IMG/VR virus record: IMGVR_UViG_3300018080_000122
Location: 32,001 to 96,000 of that record
Strand: one strand, 5' to 3'
Length of the DNA stretch: 64,000 nt
Source: a virus
A program made the position numbers and the translations under genes. A model generated the notes under the pieces. It saw nothing but the letters and a program-made list of their open reading frames with translations, did not search any database and was not told the DNA's origin. Position 1 is the stretch's first letter. Every line of letters starts with the position of its first letter. Of the stretch, positions 16,924-26,206 are shown in pieces.

Positions 16924-18729
16924 GTGCCCAGAAAACGAGATAGGAAAATAGTGCCGCCCGCCATGCAAGAGAAACGCATGGATGGTGTTGCATCTTCGCG
17001 GCGGCACGAAACCCGTCTCAGCAAGAAGTTGGGTAAAAACGCCCATCGTCAGAGAGCCTCCGGGGCGCGGCAGGGTAAAAAAGGGGATATTGACTGGTGG
17101 GGCGACGGCGAAGATTGGTGGCGCTCCGTCAAGGTGGAAAATAAAACCACCGTGAACAAGGACAAGAAGTCATTTTCTATCAAGAAAGCACATCTAGAAA
17201 AGATAAGCAAAGAAGCAGCGGTGCATGACATGCTTCCTATGATGGCTTTTGAGATTCCTGGAATGACTACGCTAACACCACGAGATTGGGCGTTGGTGCC
17301 CATCCATAGTGAGGATGCTATGAAGAAAGTGCTTGCAGGACTCTCTAAAAATAGGAGACACGAGCCGCCGCCCCCGAAAGTTCGCCACAAGAAAATGCCT
17401 GGGTCGGCAGATTTTTTCAACAAGACGCTCTACGATTTCTTGAAAAAGCGAGCAGTGTACGGGACCAGGCAGCGTGAAGATGGTCTCCTTCACGTATCGG
17501 AGATGTATGACTTCTGCCCCAGAAGAGAAGTGTTCAAAATCTCTTTCAAAGGAGGCAGAAAAGATCCTCCAGATCCAGGCCTGCAAATGATCTTCGACCA
17601 TGGCACCATGACCCATTATTGGTATCAGAATGCTTATATGGGGCCAGCTGGACACCTGTGGGGCACATGGAAATGCGTTGCGTGCGGAGACACCAGGGAG
17701 GGTGTGATGCCGTCTAAACCCTGCCAGTGTTCTATTGACGAATGCGGGAGCGAGTGCACGCCCGACCCAGAAATTGGATGCCGCATGTGCGTGGCTGAGG
17801 GCATGCTCATATCCACAGAGACGGGGCCTGAGCCGATAGAGGACATTATCGCGGGCGTAAAAGTGTGGACGCACGAGGGGCGCTTACGTGAAGTCACAGG
17901 GGTATGGAAAGAACACAGCAGGCGGGAGACAGTGTCCATCACTGTTTACGACTGTATATATCCAGTGCTGCTCACAAAAGATCACCCGGTTCTCATCGAA
18001 GTTGATGGAGCCTTTGAGGATATGGACGCAGGCGATGTCAGAGTAGGCGACACAGCGTTCTTCTTGAATAACGGAAAACCTTCCCGCACTGAAGTCGTTT
18101 CTGTAGCGGAAGGTCCTCCCCAAGCAGTGTGGAACATGGAAGTGGCCCAAGATGCCTCATTCTATGCGGGCGAGATTTTGGTGGGTAATTGCACCACTTG
18201 GGGTAGATGGGAATTCGTAGAGCCTAGAGTATTCTTCAAGAAGTACGGCGTCATAGGATCATGCGACGGTGTGCTTATGAATCTCCCAGGAGATAAGAAG
18301 AAAAAGCGTGTTTGGGAAATAAAGACGATACACATGGAGGCCTTCAAGCGCTTATCATTTCCATACACTAAACATATAGCGCAAGCTAGTCTGTATGGTA
18401 TAGGGCTGGGCGTGGAAAACTTGATGATGACTTATATCCCAAAAGGCGACATGGGTGAACCGCCCAAGGCTTTCCGGCTTGAGACAGATGAAGGTTTGGC
18501 CTACGAAGCGCTAGGCAAAGCTGAAAAATTCTGGAACGCCATCAAGAGAGGATTGTTACCACCAAGATTGTGCAATGCCAGGACAGCTCCCAAGGCAATC
18601 AAGTGCCCCCACAAGAAGATCTGTTTTACCAACACAGCCGAAGCCGACGTCAAGAAGATCTTACAAGAGAAGAAGGAAGAGGGAGAGCTGGAATGGGTGA
18701 AATCATCATTGGAGTTGATCCAGGGATAA
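16924..18729 (+). CDS. Hjc-like PD-(D/E)XK domain fused to a Cas4-like exonuclease, containing a mini-intein
   Basis: N-terminal E..SGA..KGDI..VENK. C-terminal HVSEMYDFCPRR, GSCDG, WEIKT, QASLY and terminal C..C..C. Possible internal start at 17320 (GAGGA RBS). Confidence 0.75.
   Translation: MPRKRDRKIVPPAMQEKRMDGVASSRRHETRLSKKLGKNAHRQRASGARQGKKGDIDWWGDGEDWWRSVKVENKTTVNKDKKSFSIKKAHLEKISKEAAVHDMLPMMAFEIPGMTTLTPRDWALVPIHSEDAMKKVLAGLSKNRRHEPPPPKVRHKKMPGSADFFNKTLYDFLKKRAVYGTRQREDGLLHVSEMYDFCPRREVFKISFKGGRKDPPDPGLQMIFDHGTMTHYWYQNAYMGPAGHLWGTWKCVACGDTREGVMPSKPCQCSIDECGSECTPDPEIGCRMCVAEGMLISTETGPEPIEDIIAGVKVWTHEGRLREVTGVWKEHSRRETVSITVYDCIYPVLLTKDHPVLIEVDGAFEDMDAGDVRVGDTAFFLNNGKPSRTEVVSVAEGPPQAVWNMEVAQDASFYAGEILVGNCTTWGRWEFVEPRVFFKKYGVIGSCDGVLMNLPGDKKKKRVWEIKTIHMEAFKRLSFPYTKHIAQASLYGIGLGVENLMMTYIPKGDMGEPPKAFRLETDEGLAYEALGKAEKFWNAIKRGLLPPRLCNARTAPKAIKCPHKKICFTNTAEADVKKILQEKKEEGELEWVKSSLELIQG
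17788..18189 (+). mobile_element. Mini-intein (Hint domain only, 134 aa)
   Basis: Begins CVAEGMLIST, block B LTKDHPVL, block F VWNMEV, ends LVGN followed by C. Confidence 0.85.
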
Positions 18730-19259
18730 ATAATTTTGGATTCGCTGTCTATGACGTAGAAGACGACAATTTCATAGACAGCGGAATATTCAGTGCACCC
18801 CCAGCAGGCAAGAAGGCACGTTTGCATTTTTCGGATGATTTTTCAAGAAGGTTCCACCTGCTAAGTGTAGAAATCAGAAAGATGATCCGTTGTCATAGAG
18901 AGGATTTGGGGTTGGTCGCTTTCGAAGGTTTCACTTTTCTAAGGCACGCTAAAGCCTCCACACTTGTCGGCGGGTCCATAGCAGCACTAATAAGCCACTG
19001 TGTCGCTTGGAACGTGCCCATATGCACAGTACTGCACGCGGAGATAAATGAATGGTTAGAAAAAAAGACAAGAAGCAAAAAGGAAAGAAAAAAAGAAATA
19101 GCAAAAAAAGTCCTAAGCCTGTGGCCAAACCCAAGTCACCCGTGGCCAAAGGAAGGAAAAAGAAAGCCAAAGATAGCGCAGCACCCTCTGGACGGCGCGG
19201 CACTAGCAGTAGTGGGAAAAATAAAGAGGGACAAGTTGAAATCGACGATGATAATGTGA
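18693..19259 (+). CDS. ruvC: RuvC-like Holliday junction resolvase
   Basis: IIGVDPG, VAFEG and C-terminal HPLDGAAL. Confidence 0.8.
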   Translation: MGEIIIGVDPGINNFGFAVYDVEDDNFIDSGIFSAPPAGKKARLHFSDDFSRRFHLLSVEIRKMIRCHREDLGLVAFEGFTFLRHAKASTLVGGSIAALISHCVAWNVPICTVLHAEINEWLEKKTRSKKERKKEIAKKVLSLWPNPSHPWPKEGKRKPKIAQHPLDGAALAVVGKIKRDKLKSTMIM

Positions 19260-20125
19260 CCTACTTGCCGGTGGAAGAGCGCACATTCACTGCAGACATG
19301 ATCCCGCGCGCTAACCAGGTTCTAGAAAAGATCCTGAAGCTCAACGAAGAACGCAAAAAAATACAGATGAAGCTGGCGAAGCTTCTATACGAAGTCAAAC
19401 AAAATCAATACTATGTCCACTACAAAGACGACGATGGGAATGCATTCAATAGTTTTGAAGGATTTGTAGTAGGTAAGCTCAAAGAGGATCTCCGAAAAGC
19501 GTATGCCCTGAAGCAGATTTGGGCCAAACTACATGTCGAGGGCGGTTTGAGTGCCAAAGAGCTTGAACAAATTCCCTGGACCAAAGCGCAGATGATCGCT
19601 TCGGAAAGCAATTCACCTGAAGAAATGGAAGAGTGGAAAGAAAAAGCCATTCAGATGCCCTACGGGCAGTTCAAGAAGGAAGTAGATAAGAACAGAAAAA
19701 ACAAACGCCGCCGGAAAGAGATCGTCAATCACAAAAATTTCGACAACAGCTTCGACGATGAGGATACAGAAAAGAAACCCAAGACAGACGAGAAGTGGGA
19801 GCGGCTTCTAGTCTACTTGTCTGAAGACCAAAATGAAGTAATTGAGGCGGCAATAAAGGCCGCCACAGGCCCAGCTAAAAGTGAAAAGAAAAACCAAGTC
19901 CTAAGCCTTATTTGCCAGGAATGGTTAGCATTCTACTCCAAAAATAAGACAGAGCACGAGCGTTTGGCTGCGCTGTTAGCACGGCTGTCTACCAACAGCG
20001 GGTACGAAATTTATTCTTTCCCAAAGAATGTGCGCAGCAAGAAAGCGCGCAAAGAAATAGTCAACAATATCCTGGACGATATTTACGATCTGTTTGGGAT
20101 AGAGGCGCATATCGCGGATGAGTGA
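19052..20125 (+). CDS. hypothetical protein, possibly DNA-binding
   Basis: 357-aa ORF; the Lys-rich N-terminus overlaps ruvC, so the start is uncertain. Confidence 0.7.
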   Translation: MVRKKDKKQKGKKKRNSKKSPKPVAKPKSPVAKGRKKKAKDSAAPSGRRGTSSSGKNKEGQVEIDDDNVTYLPVEERTFTADMIPRANQVLEKILKLNEERKKIQMKLAKLLYEVKQNQYYVHYKDDDGNAFNSFEGFVVGKLKEDLRKAYALKQIWAKLHVEGGLSAKELEQIPWTKAQMIASESNSPEEMEEWKEKAIQMPYGQFKKEVDKNRKNKRRRKEIVNHKNFDNSFDDEDTEKKPKTDEKWERLLVYLSEDQNEVIEAAIKAATGPAKSEKKNQVLSLICQEWLAFYSKNKTEHERLAALLARLSTNSGYEIYSFPKNVRSKKARKEIVNNILDDIYDLFGIEAHIADE

Positions 20126-20128
20126 TTC

Positions 20129-20584
20129 ATGGCCCAGAAGAGAATACGCCGTAGGGAGTATTGGCATAAGAGAGCCGACAAAGGTATTTCCTACGTGATA
20201 TCCAATATAGATTTTGAGGAATGCCGAGCTATCATTCAAAAAATGGTAAAAGGTTTTCCCACGGCGGAGTACCGGATTACCTACGGAGAATGCGATTGTA
20301 AAGGCTTCCGTTACAGAGGCAGCTGCGCTCATGTAAATTTCCTCAGTTGTTTAGTTGACGGTAAAACGGCTACTGAGAAAGAAGCGAGCCTTATCTGCAG
20401 CACGATAGTGCATTCTAGGCAGTTCAAAAAATATAAAGCAGAAATCATTGAGCGTGAAGGCAAAGTCGAACTCTTACATATCCGTGCGGAAGTTCCAGAT
20501 CTCCCTACCACCAGGGTCGTAGAGTGGTATTCTGGTCTGCCTGTTATTACTGACATCAATATGAAAAAAGGTGGCGCAGATTGA
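20129..20584 (+). CDS. SWIM zinc-finger protein
   Basis: CDCKGFRYRGSCAH (CxC-x-CxH). Confidence 0.7.
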   Translation: MAQKRIRRREYWHKRADKGISYVISNIDFEECRAIIQKMVKGFPTAEYRITYGECDCKGFRYRGSCAHVNFLSCLVDGKTATEKEASLICSTIVHSRQFKKYKAEIIEREGKVELLHIRAEVPDLPTTRVVEWYSGLPVITDINMKKGGAD

Positions 20585-20633
20585 TTTCTGGACTACACTG
20601 GAACCAACTGCACCCCGGTAGTGAGGACGACCA

Positions 20634-20999
20634 ATGAAACGTGCTATCAGGAGCATGCGAAGGAAGACGACTAGAAAGGAAACGTTAGCCGCCAGGCTAT
20701 CTTTATTGTGTGACCAAAAGAAAGAGATCGACAAAGAGATAGCGCTTCTCAAAAAGGAAGTGGTTGATACGTTTGGGGAAAAGGAGCGTGTGGGCAGAAT
20801 CGTCCACAATATCACCCAAACCAAAGTGGTTACTGAGGAGATGCTAGACAAGTTAGACGAAGATGGGGTGCTAGAAGACGTGCTTGCCCCCGAGCGCGTG
20901 GACATGAAAAAACTGAACGCCCTGATCAAAAGTTGCCCTGAGTACGAAAAATACTTAAGATACACCACTCGCAGTAGAGTAGATGTCAAGAAAGCCTAA
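20634..20999 (+). CDS. hypothetical protein
   Basis: GAGGA RBS; coiled-coil-like 121 aa. Confidence 0.65.
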   Translation: MKRAIRSMRRKTTRKETLAARLSLLCDQKKEIDKEIALLKKEVVDTFGEKERVGRIVHNITQTKVVTEEMLDKLDEDGVLEDVLAPERVDMKKLNALIKSCPEYEKYLRYTTRSRVDVKKA

Positions 21000-21002
21000 C
21001 GA

Positions 21003-21974
21003 ATGAAAGTCAATAAACTGAACGACTTGGACGGCTCTAACTGGCTTAGACTTACCAAATCTTGGTGGACTCCCACAGGAAAATGGGCTGCGTGTCTTGA
21101 CATCGAGAATTCATGGTGGGAAACCGAATACCCCATTGACCCCACGCACAAAATGAGATCCTACATAGGTTGTGCCAAACCCCCATCAGTTGCGCGTGAT
21201 CTAGTCATGATGTTCACCAAGCGGAAAGAGTGGGTTATCGACACTTTTTCTGGCACTGGAGGCCTCATCCTCGGTGCTGCATTAGCCAACCGCCAGTGTG
21301 TCGCGTCTGACATTAGTCAACAACACCTGCAAAGACTGGACGAAGTGTCTAAAGAGTTTGTCATAGTGGACAAGCATCGTAAAGAGGCCATCACCCGCCG
21401 CGTTCGTAAGAAGAAAAAAGTCGTGTCTGAGACGGTGAACGTTGATTTATGGGAGCCTACTTTTGTCCCCGCCGATAAGTGTGAAGGCAAGCACAGAAAA
21501 ATAAACATTGAAACCATATGTGGCGGGTACAAAGACGTCATGGACACTTTCGAAGACGAATCTTTCCATTTTATTATTACCGATCCCCCCTATGGGGTCG
21601 GGCACACCGTCAAGTTTGACGAGGCCTGCAAAATGGAAGGCATATCTTCAGAAGACCCCGAAGACATAGGCAACCTCCAAAACATGAAGCAGTTTCACGC
21701 CGCCATGATATCTTGGGCGCACGAAGCCTACAGAATACTTAGAAAAGGCCGTTACGTTGTGGTGTTCATGGGTGACCGTTACATGGATGGCGAGCTGGTG
21801 CCTCTGGGCTGGACCGTGGCCCAGGTGATGCGCACAGCAGGTTTCAAGCTAAAAGGTGTGTGTCCATGGAGGAATAAGACTACACAGAGACCGTTGAAAC
21901 CTTATGCTTTAGGGCATGCTTACGTGCCTAACATTATCCACCAATATTTTATTGTGCTACGAAAAGAGGGTTAG
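21003..21974 (+). CDS. DNA amino-methyltransferase (N6-A/N4-C)
   Basis: SAM-binding DTFSGTGG and catalytic TDPPY. Confidence 0.85.
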   Translation: MKVNKLNDLDGSNWLRLTKSWWTPTGKWAACLDIENSWWETEYPIDPTHKMRSYIGCAKPPSVARDLVMMFTKRKEWVIDTFSGTGGLILGAALANRQCVASDISQQHLQRLDEVSKEFVIVDKHRKEAITRRVRKKKKVVSETVNVDLWEPTFVPADKCEGKHRKINIETICGGYKDVMDTFEDESFHFIITDPPYGVGHTVKFDEACKMEGISSEDPEDIGNLQNMKQFHAAMISWAHEAYRILRKGRYVVVFMGDRYMDGELVPLGWTVAQVMRTAGFKLKGVCPWRNKTTQRPLKPYALGHAYVPNIIHQYFIVLRKEG

Positions 21975-21977
21975 CGC

Positions 21978-23453
21978 ATGGGAATCCTGGAAGCAGTAAA
22001 GGCCAAGCATCCTTTAATTTGGCTCGTGGCCGACGACGAAGTAGACGTAATGCGCTTCTTGGCTGACATGAAGACTAAATTTTCGGTTTGGTCACGTTCG
22101 GGACTATCGCTTCCAGGAGATGATGCCAACATCGGTGGGTTCACGCCCCCTGCAGCAACAATAATGTCCTACTTGAAATTGAAGCGCCCTTCCTACCTGG
22201 TGTTACCTGACGCACACAAACGCTTGGAATCTGCCGAAGCGCAGCGAGAGTTCAAAGAATTGGTGATGGCCTGCGCACGCAGCCACGTAGGCACGAAAGG
22301 TGTTGTTGCCATCGCTTCTACTCCGGCGGTGCCAGAGGATCTTAGGACGCTAGCGTACATAACTCAATTCCCAAGGCCAACAACGGAGGATCTGAAGCAT
22401 GTGATCATGGACGTTGGCACGGACACAAATAAGAAAATATCTGAAGACCGGGCTTCCCAACTGGCTTTTGCTCTATCTGGCCTTACTAGGACAGAGGCTG
22501 AGTTGACGTCCAGATTACTATTGACGAGCAACAAGAAGACAGTATCTGCGTTCGCCAAAGCAAAGGCTAGGCAGATTTCTGCAGGCACACCGCTACATTG
22601 GGTCGATACGTCCGACGTGACGTTGAACTCGGTTGGCGGCATGGACAAATTAAAACGCTGGATAGAGACCCGTGCCTATGCGCTGGACGCTAAAAGCGGC
22701 TTACCCAGACCACGAGGCATCTTGCTGTGCGGTATCCCTGGTGTTGGTAAATCCCTTGTGGCTAAAGCAATTTCTACTGCGTGGGGACTGCCCCTCCTAC
22801 GTTTCGATATCGGCGCCGTTTTTGGTCCTTTAGTCGGGGCATCAGAAACCAACATGCGTAGGGCGCTAAGTATCATCGACGCCTGCTCTCCATGCGTCGT
22901 ATGGATTGAAGAACTTGAAAAGGTGACTGCTGGGGCTCAATCTTCTGACCGCACCGACGGAGGTACCACGGCACGGGTAATCTCTGATTTTCTGGTGTGG
23001 TTGCAGGAGAGGGAATCTTCAGCTTTTGTTGTGGGGACGATCAATAACGCCGATGGGGCTTCCCCAGAAATGGTAAGGAAAAGGCGTTGGGATGAAGTAT
23101 TCTGGGTGGACCTGCCCGGTTTAAAGGAACGCACAGAAATCTTCAAAATCATGTTTGACAGGTACGATGTTGGCATGTCTCTATCCAAAGAGGCAATAGA
23201 GATTTCCGAGAATCTCACGGGAGCTGAAATAGAGCAAGCCGTAGTAAACGCTATCTTTGACAGCTACGCAGATGACGCCAAATTGTCGTCGGACCATCTC
23301 GTAGCGTCAGTTAGATCTATGAAGCCGCAATCACACAGTTTGAAAATAGACTGGCATGAAATGCTGCGTAAATTCGCTGGCGCGTCCAGCGCACAGTGGT
23401 CTGTGCCAGTGCCAAACCGCCCCAAAGTGAAAGGAAAACGGAAGAAAAAATGA
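21978..23453 (+). CDS. AAA+ ATPase (SpoVK/Ycf46/Vps4-like)
   Basis: VGGMDKLK, GIPGVGKS, VGASE, WIEELEK and RKRRWD. Confidence 0.88.
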   Translation: MGILEAVKAKHPLIWLVADDEVDVMRFLADMKTKFSVWSRSGLSLPGDDANIGGFTPPAATIMSYLKLKRPSYLVLPDAHKRLESAEAQREFKELVMACARSHVGTKGVVAIASTPAVPEDLRTLAYITQFPRPTTEDLKHVIMDVGTDTNKKISEDRASQLAFALSGLTRTEAELTSRLLLTSNKKTVSAFAKAKARQISAGTPLHWVDTSDVTLNSVGGMDKLKRWIETRAYALDAKSGLPRPRGILLCGIPGVGKSLVAKAISTAWGLPLLRFDIGAVFGPLVGASETNMRRALSIIDACSPCVVWIEELEKVTAGAQSSDRTDGGTTARVISDFLVWLQERESSAFVVGTINNADGASPEMVRKRRWDEVFWVDLPGLKERTEIFKIMFDRYDVGMSLSKEAIEISENLTGAEIEQAVVNAIFDSYADDAKLSSDHLVASVRSMKPQSHSLKIDWHEMLRKFAGASSAQWSVPVPNRPKVKGKRKKK

Positions 23454-23821
23454 ACAGAACGGATATGGTGGAGCACCTTAGAAAAAGGCGAGTCATCGGC
23501 ACGGATAAGAGGACGGTAGAAAACGCCGTGCTAGAAGTTCTCGGTGCGATAGCGCACGGGCTTTACCACGAAGGTGAAGTTAGAGTCATGGGCTTTGGGA
23601 CATTCTTGGTGAAAGAGCGCAAAGAAAGGATGGCACGGAACCCCCGGACGGGGGAGCCTGTAGTAGCCAAGGCGCACAACACCGTAGTTTTCAAACCCAG
23701 CAAAGACCTTAAAGAGTCCATCCAACCCAAGAAGAAAAAGAAGACCAAGAAGAAACCCGCCAAGAGCACAAAAAAGAAGGCTAAAGCTAAAGCCAAACCC
23801 AAGAAGAAAAAGAAGGGCTAG
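23450..23821 (+). CDS. hup: HU/IHF histone-like DNA-binding protein with Lys-rich C-terminal tail
   Basis: MNRTDMV, GFGTF, ARNPRTGE and FKPSKDLK; ATGA overlap. Confidence 0.92.
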   Translation: MNRTDMVEHLRKRRVIGTDKRTVENAVLEVLGAIAHGLYHEGEVRVMGFGTFLVKERKERMARNPRTGEPVVAKAHNTVVFKPSKDLKESIQPKKKKKTKKKPAKSTKKKAKAKAKPKKKKKG

Positions 23822-23826
23822 ACGAA

Positions 23827-24018
23827 ATGCCTGTGAAATGCCGTAGAATTAAAGGCAAATACAGGGTGGTGGAATCTGCTACTGGGAAAATAGCAGTGAA
23901 CGCCGCCCTGACTCCTCTGGACGGAGGAGGCCACAACACCCAAGAAGGCTGTGCCGCGCAAGCGCGGGCCATCAACGCCGCTACCGAATCCAGAAAAAAA
24001 GATCGGGCGGAAGAATAG
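23827..24018 (+). CDS. hypothetical protein
   Basis: 63-aa ORF in the operon. Confidence 0.55.
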   Translation: MPVKCRRIKGKYRVVESATGKIAVNAALTPLDGGGHNTQEGCAAQARAINAATESRKKDRAEE

Positions 24019-24023
24019 GGGGC

Positions 24024-24323
24024 GTGGTGGATCTAGCAACGCTGAAAGAGAAGACCGACAAAGAGCAGGAAGTGATTGCTACGTGGTTTTTCTTTCTGTG
24101 GGTGCCTTGTTTAATCCTAAAAGGCCTAGTATTGTCTTGCCTGATGTATTGGTTTATTCAGCCGGGCGTAGAGGCTCCCCTATCGCAATGCATAGGTATA
24201 GTTTTAGTAGCAAATTTGCTTATCCCACAGTACAGCCCCGTGAATCATCAAAAAATATATAGAATGATACTAGGGCCGACATTCGTTCTTGCTGCGGGTT
24301 ACGTAGTTCATCTGGTGGGGTGA
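24024..24323 (+). CDS. small membrane protein
   Basis: Two to three hydrophobic segments. Confidence 0.6.
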   Translation: MVDLATLKEKTDKEQEVIATWFFFLWVPCLILKGLVLSCLMYWFIQPGVEAPLSQCIGIVLVANLLIPQYSPVNHQKIYRMILGPTFVLAAGYVVHLVG

Positions 24324-24390
24324 AAAACGGAGTCAGGCAAGTAAAACGAATGATAGGTGCCCCACCCAAACGGAAGTTCTACACAGAAAA

Positions 24391-24632
24391 GTGAGACAGA
24401 TGGTCAAAGGGAAATGGCCCATGGGGCTAGCAAAAGATAGACACCGCAACACAGGCAGATGTAGGAACAGGAAAAGCAGGAAGTCGCCGCCTCCTATGTC
24501 CCCCAATATATGCCCGACTGTGAAGGGAAAGGGTGGATCAAAACTTATAACGACTACGCAGGGACAAGATCTGAAATGCGCATAGAAGTGGTGCATTGTC
24601 CCGCTTGCAACGGCCTTGGATATCTTCTGTAG
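24391..24632 (+). pseudogene. Frameshifted DnaJ-type zinc-finger gene
   Basis: ...PNICP in one frame continues as DCEGKG...CPACNGLG in the -1 frame at TGCCCGAC (24511-24518). Confidence 0.5.
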
Positions 24633-24701
24633 ATTTCACCACAAAAGTGTGGATAATCGACTGAATGGACACAGGAATGATTGTACTTCAAGGAGAAGAC
24701 G

Positions 24702-25595
24702 ATGCTGCCATTCGCAGAGACCATGTGGGCTCCTTTTGTCCTAGCTATAGAGGGGCTCATTGGGTGTGGCAAGACCACACTCACCAGGACACTGTCATCC
24801 GCATTGAACTACAAAGCCTTTTTCGAACCCGTTGAAGGCAACCCTTACCTAGAAGATTTCTACAACGTCGTCACCCCGCCAGGCTGGCGCGAGAAGATAA
24901 AACAAGTGCTGCTGGGTCACGTGCAGACAGGCACCGCTGACAACATTATGTATAAGCTTGACAGTTTGGGCGTCACCTACAGCTCGATACCTGCGTTTAT
25001 GCAGCTGTTCCTGCTGACTCGACGCTTCCATCTCTACATGGCTGCGCTTTACTCCGATGCTTATGGGTTCAAAGGCGCTCTTCTAGACCGAAGTCTCCAG
25101 GGAGATACTGTTTTCGCACGTATGCTGCATGAAGACGGGTGGATCAACGACAGGGACATGGCCACTTACTGGGGGCACTGGCAGCGCTTCAAAGAGTTCG
25201 CCCCAAATCCACACGCCTTCCTCTACCTGGAAACGTCCCCTGAGACTGCGCTGGAGCGCATGAGAGAGCGCGCTCGTAGTGCAGAGGTAGGCGTGCCCAT
25301 AGAATACCTTCAACGGCTCTACGACCACTACGAGCACTTCCTGGAAGAGATGAGTCGTAGAGCAGTAATCATTAGGCTTCCCTACGACCCACCAAGGGAA
25401 GTCTACGACGCAAGAGAGTTTCCTGACGTCTACCCCAGCTTACAGGAGGAAGAAAACCCGGCCTTTAGAAAAGTCCTCCATCCAGATGAAGGGGATAGGG
25501 TGGTGCGCCTTTTGAAAGAGAATTTCCCCACCTACAAGTGGTTTGACAGGCACAGGGGCAATTCGGATCAGATGCTAAGCGGAGGGGACAAGTGA
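24702..25595 (+). CDS. Deoxynucleoside kinase (dGK/dCK family)
   Basis: IEGLIGCGKTT, FEPV, LDRS..GD.VF, R.RSAE and YLQRL. Confidence 0.9.
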   Translation: MLPFAETMWAPFVLAIEGLIGCGKTTLTRTLSSALNYKAFFEPVEGNPYLEDFYNVVTPPGWREKIKQVLLGHVQTGTADNIMYKLDSLGVTYSSIPAFMQLFLLTRRFHLYMAALYSDAYGFKGALLDRSLQGDTVFARMLHEDGWINDRDMATYWGHWQRFKEFAPNPHAFLYLETSPETALERMRERARSAEVGVPIEYLQRLYDHYEHFLEEMSRRAVIIRLPYDPPREVYDAREFPDVYPSLQEEENPAFRKVLHPDEGDRVVRLLKENFPTYKWFDRHRGNSDQMLSGGDK

Positions 25596-26206
25596 GAACA
25601 CGACACTCGCTTATTTTTTGCCGGTCCAACGCCATGTTTGCGGGCAAGTCCGAGACCGCGAAGAGACTGGTATCTATAGCTGAAAAGGGACGCAAGATCA
25701 AGTGGGCGTGCATTCGGCCTCTCGAAGCCAAACGCAAAGAGGATTCAACGTACTCCCACGTCACGCACGCTGGGGGCAAAGCTCACTGCTACTACGTTGA
25801 CACGGCCATGGAAGCTAAGCATCTCATCGACGATCTTATTGACGACGGGTGTGGCCTATTTTGGATTGACGAGCCTTTTTTCTGGTCCAATCTCACGGAT
25901 TTCAAATCCCTGGTGTTCAGCACGCTGGAGCGAGCAAATGTTATAATTTCTTCTCTAACGTGTACAAGCGAAGGAGAGCACTGGGAAGAACTTTCTATGC
26001 TCCTGGCGTTAGCCGACGAAATTTTTCAATGTAACGACGCCGTGTGCGTGGACTGCTGCAAAGTGGCGCTCAGGACGTGGCACGTTGGCAGAGAGGAAAA
26101 AACAGCAAAGGTGAAGGTTGGAGGGGCAGCAGACTATATTCCTGTCTGCGTAGACTGTTGGAACGCGAGGGCAGAGAGGGCAAAAGTTGGCGCTGAAAAA
26201 GGCTGA
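25592..26206 (+). CDS. tdk: Thymidine kinase (TK1 type)
   Basis: AMFAGKS, WIDE, CVDC, VGGAADYIPVCVDC lasso/zinc motif. Confidence 0.85.
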   Translation: MRTRHSLIFCRSNAMFAGKSETAKRLVSIAEKGRKIKWACIRPLEAKRKEDSTYSHVTHAGGKAHCYYVDTAMEAKHLIDDLIDDGCGLFWIDEPFFWSNLTDFKSLVFSTLERANVIISSLTCTSEGEHWEELSMLLALADEIFQCNDAVCVDCCKVALRTWHVGREEKTAKVKVGGAADYIPVCVDCWNARAERAKVGAEKG

